DNA of 64,000 nucleotides, from NCBI GenBank assembly GCA_029258885.1, contig JAPDJW010000002.1:128001-192000 (forward strand), read 5' to 3'. Below are positions 61,202-64,000 of this stretch, piece by piece; the first letter of the stretch is position 1, and each line of letters starts with the position of its first letter. The translations under genes and the position numbers were made by a program. This DNA comes from Thermoproteota archaeon. GTDB taxonomy: Archaea > Thermoproteota > Thermoprotei > Thermofilales > B9-G17. The notes under the pieces were generated by a model that was not told the origin of the DNA, did not search any database, and was given only the letters and a program-made list of their open reading frames with translations.

Positions 61202-62257
61202 TTATTCGTTATTTTCAGGTCTAATAATTATATCCCATATCAAGGGATCCTCTTGCCCCACTCTCCATACAGCTATTTTATCTAATCCGAAGGCTTTAAT
61301 TAACCTAGCCCTAACCTCAAAGCTCTTAGCCACCTGAAACCACACTTCATGCTCTAAACCTCCGCTACTATACCTAAAGTATGCTTCCCCACTAGCATTA
61401 TCGAAGCGTACTTTAGCGCCGTAGGCGCCCGCTAGGCTTATCGCATCATAGTATGTGACCGCGCTACCCCTCCCGCCCTTAGGCCAGTCGTAGCCGTAGA
61501 GAGGCACGCCAATTATAAGCTTTTCTCTAGGAACGTATTTCAGCATATTTCTAATAACGTCTTCAAGCCAATATAGGGGGGCTATTGGTCCTGGGCCGCT
61601 GCCGGAGTAGTGGTAGCTGTAGGCCATTACTATAAGATAGTCGTTATATTCTGCTAAAGCCTTATGGTCATATACGTAGGATAGTCCGACAGCTTGTGTA
61701 ACTATTTTGCCATGGCTATGCAATTTCTCATATAGAAGCCTCATAAACTCCGTTAAATACCCCCTATCACTGTATGGTATGTTCTCAAAATCTATATTAA
61801 TACCGTCGTACCCCCGCTTCAAAACCTCCTTAACTATGCTATCTACAGCCTTCTTCCTAACTTCAGGGTTAGTAAGTATCCGGTGTATAGTATCCCTATC
61901 AAATTCCCAATTAGCCACTAGAGGGATTAGCTTCACTCCCCAGCTCCTACACTTCTCTATAAAATCCCGGCTAACGCCTCTATCGATCAAATAACCGCCG
62001 CCAGTTATATAGTACCATGTTGGAGATACCCAGGTAAACTTATCGTGGTGTGCATAGAATGCTTCGATGCTCGAGCTTGACAGCGTAACCCAGCCGAACA
62101 GCTTTACCTCCACTTTAGTTAAATTTTTATTCAATGCCTCTATCTCGCTTAGATAGGCCTTACCGTACCTTTCTCTTCTCCACCGCATAACAGAGTATGC
62201 CATTAATAATGCTACAGATATTGAAATGGCTACAAATACAATCGTTTTCTTTTCCAT
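61202..62257 (-). CDS. GH18 glycoside hydrolase, SleL/YaaH/YdhD-like, with N-terminal membrane anchor
   Basis: VSPTWY, GYDGINIDFE, VMAYSYH...PGPIAP, KLIIGVPLYGYDW, HEVWF and IAVWRVGQED. Confidence 0.88.
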   Translation of the reverse strand: MEKKTIVFVAISISVALLMAYSVMRWRRERYGKAYLSEIEALNKNLTKVEVKLFGWVTLSSSSIEAFYAHHDKFTWVSPTWYYITGGGYLIDRGVSRDFIEKCRSWGVKLIPLVANWEFDRDTIHRILTNPEVRKKAVDSIVKEVLKRGYDGINIDFENIPYSDRGYLTEFMRLLYEKLHSHGKIVTQAVGLSYVYDHKALAEYNDYLIVMAYSYHYSGSGPGPIAPLYWLEDVIRNMLKYVPREKLIIGVPLYGYDWPKGGRGSAVTYYDAISLAGAYGAKVRFDNASGEAYFRYSSGGLEHEVWFQVAKSFEVRARLIKAFGLDKIAVWRVGQEDPLIWDIIIRPENNE

Positions 62258-62372
62258 AAGCTAACACCCGAAATTAGCACCTTCCACCTCCTATGGATTC
62301 GGCTGCTACTCTAGGTCTCTATATTTAGCATTGGTGCAAAAATTAATTTTTCTTTCATACATTTTAGTGAAC

Positions 62373-63773
62373 ATGACATCCCTAAGGCTTATAATATTAA
62401 TGGCGCTAATTATCCAGCTTCTAGCGGGTATAGCTTCCCCCTCTCTATCTTCCCCTCAAATCAATAGGCCGAGGATTATATCTAGAGAGGAATGGGGGGC
62501 TAGGCCTCCTAAATGCAACTATAGGGCTAACCCATACTATAATGCAATAACGATACATCACACAGCAACATCCAACGACTATACCGATGGAGCTGCTGTA
62601 GTGAGGAGTATTCAAAAATACCATATGGACGTTAGAGGATGGTGCGATATAGGATATCACTTTCTAATAGATAAATACGGGAATATCTATGAGGGTAGAC
62701 CCATCTGGGCGGTTGGAGCTCATGTTAAGGGACATAATACGGGCAATATTGGAGTAGCTGTTATAGGCAATTTTGAGGAAGCGGTTCCGAATAGTGAGAT
62801 ATTAGACGCTCTAGCAGAGCTGGTAACCTGGCTAGTATATGAATACGGCATACCTATAGAGAATATTAAGGGACATAGGGATTATGCAGCTACAAGCTGT
62901 CCTGGACGTTATCTATATGAAAAATTGTCTTGGCTTAGAAATGAGGTTAAACGTAGGCTTGAAAGTGCTTCCGAGGAATACTATGATGTTAGGGTTAAAA
63001 TATTAAATGATTTAGGCGAGCCTCTTCACGGAGCTATAGTTGAGCTGGACGGATTAACCGATGAAACTGATATTTGGGGAGAGGTATACTTTAGGGATAT
63101 TAAGGGAGGTAGCTACACGATCAACGTGTATTGGGATGATATAAAAGTTTACGGTAAGTCTTGCAAGATATCGAGCAATTGTATGCTTACATTTAAGGTG
63201 CCAGTTATACATTTAAATTTCACAGCCATTACTGAATCTGGCGTTCTTTTAAATAACTATATTTTGGAAATTAGTGGCATAAAAAACTTGACGATTAACG
63301 TAACCAAAGGATATTATGTTCTAAAAAATGTTCCAGCTGGAAAATTCCATGTGAAGATATACTTCCTAAATAGGCTAGTCTATAATAAAAGCATGAGTAT
63401 GTATACGTCTTCCAAAGTAGCGCTGAGGTGTAGGGTTCATATGCTTAAGGTATACTTGAAGGGAGAGGACGGCAAGAACATTAATCAGGCTAAAGTTATA
63501 GTTCTAGAGGAGAATAAAGAGCTATCTACCTATAATGTGTCTGGAGGCTATGCTCTAATCCTTTTACCCGAGGGTAGTTATACGTTAAGAATAGAGAGTG
63601 ATGAGTATACGCCGCTAACAGCTAAAGTTAACGTATCAAGCGATACAGTAGTTCAGCTAGCATTAGAGCCAGGCGAACCTGATGATCCATTCTCCTCGCT
63701 AACCACATTGCTGACCCTAATTATTTTAGCTATACTTCTAGGATTAGCTGGAAAAAAGGTTTTCTCCCACTAA
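62373..63773 (+). CDS. N-acetylmuramoyl-L-alanine amidase (Amidase_2/PGRP type) with Ig-like stalk and C-terminal TM
   Basis: ISREEWGA, ITIHHTA, GWCDIGYHFLI, IYEGR, GAHVKGHNT, GNFE and GHRDYAATSCPG. Confidence 0.92.
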   Translation: MTSLRLIILMALIIQLLAGIASPSLSSPQINRPRIISREEWGARPPKCNYRANPYYNAITIHHTATSNDYTDGAAVVRSIQKYHMDVRGWCDIGYHFLIDKYGNIYEGRPIWAVGAHVKGHNTGNIGVAVIGNFEEAVPNSEILDALAELVTWLVYEYGIPIENIKGHRDYAATSCPGRYLYEKLSWLRNEVKRRLESASEEYYDVRVKILNDLGEPLHGAIVELDGLTDETDIWGEVYFRDIKGGSYTINVYWDDIKVYGKSCKISSNCMLTFKVPVIHLNFTAITESGVLLNNYILEISGIKNLTINVTKGYYVLKNVPAGKFHVKIYFLNRLVYNKSMSMYTSSKVALRCRVHMLKVYLKGEDGKNINQAKVIVLEENKELSTYNVSGGYALILLPEGSYTLRIESDEYTPLTAKVNVSSDTVVQLALEPGEPDDPFSSLTTLLTLIILAILLGLAGKKVFSH

Positions 63774-64000
63774 TTTACATAACCTAATCTTATTCACTAT
63801 TCCCTGTATATTATTGGTTCCCCGAACTTCCATCACTAATGGCTTGTTATAGTTAACTTTTTCGAAGCTCTCTATAACCTCTCTCCATTCGATTCTACCC
63901 ATTAAAGGTGGATTGTGTAAATCTCTTATACCATAATTATCATGTATATGAGTTGCTATAAGATATTTCTTTGTAGTCTCTATAAATGTTGAAATATCAA
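63744..64000 (-). CDS. C-terminal part of a sugar phosphate isomerase/epimerase (xylose-isomerase-like TIM barrel); runs off the right edge
   Basis: Manual translation gives ...ATHIHDNYGIRDLHNPPLMGRIEWREVIESFEKVNYNKPLVMEV...*. Confidence 0.75.
   Translation of the reverse strand, partial: DISTFIETTKKYLIATHIHDNYGIRDLHNPPLMGRIEWREVIESFEKVNYNKPLVMEVRGTNNIQGIVNKIRLCKLVGENLFSS

Noticed and set aside
1489-62660. Numerous short antisense or overlapping ORFs in the track (e.g. 1489-1818, 3528-4097, 12144-12548, 27280-27870, 44288-44746)
   Set aside because: They lie opposite or inside well-supported genes and carry no family motifs, so they are shadow ORFs.
61202-63773. Pseudomurein remodelling as the role of the amidase and GH18
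   Set aside because: Pseudomurein lacks MurNAc-lactyl amide and beta-1,4 links, and is restricted to certain methanogens. Nothing in the window indicates such a host.

Overview
Gene-dense archaeal chromosome segment. The basis for calling it archaeal, most consistent with Thermoproteota, is NreA with a PIP box, AbrB-PhoU, DUF99, a core-type MetE, TATA-box promoters, GGTG-type SD motifs and a box C/D sRNA. About 55 CDS are recognisable. I found no rRNA, tRNA, CRISPR array or transposase. The left third is housekeeping and transport: PAPS-reductase family, ThpR, an NTP-transferase/PMM fusion, a LIV-type ABC operon, a membrane-anchored double-AAA ATPase, prolidase, PhoU, an ECF S component, an RbgA-like GTPase, vapBC and purA/purB. 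The main candidate system is an 18-kb locus (28699-46661) that looks like an archaeal beta-glucan utilisation locus. It has a surface-anchored glycoamylase/DUF3131 (beta-1,2-glucanase-clan-like) enzyme, a divergent GH94 phosphorylase, and an Lrp regulator fused to a carbohydrate-type beta-sandwich. Two surface proteins carry the same sandwich motif, and an ATPase-less three-gene membrane module follows (two OPT-like proteins around a degenerate M28-peptidase/FtsX fusion). A second candidate is a divergent pair of membrane-anchored enzymes resembling peptidoglycan hydrolases (SleL-like GH18 and a PGRP-type amidase) at 61202-63773. All family calls come from recognising motifs by eye; no database searches were run.
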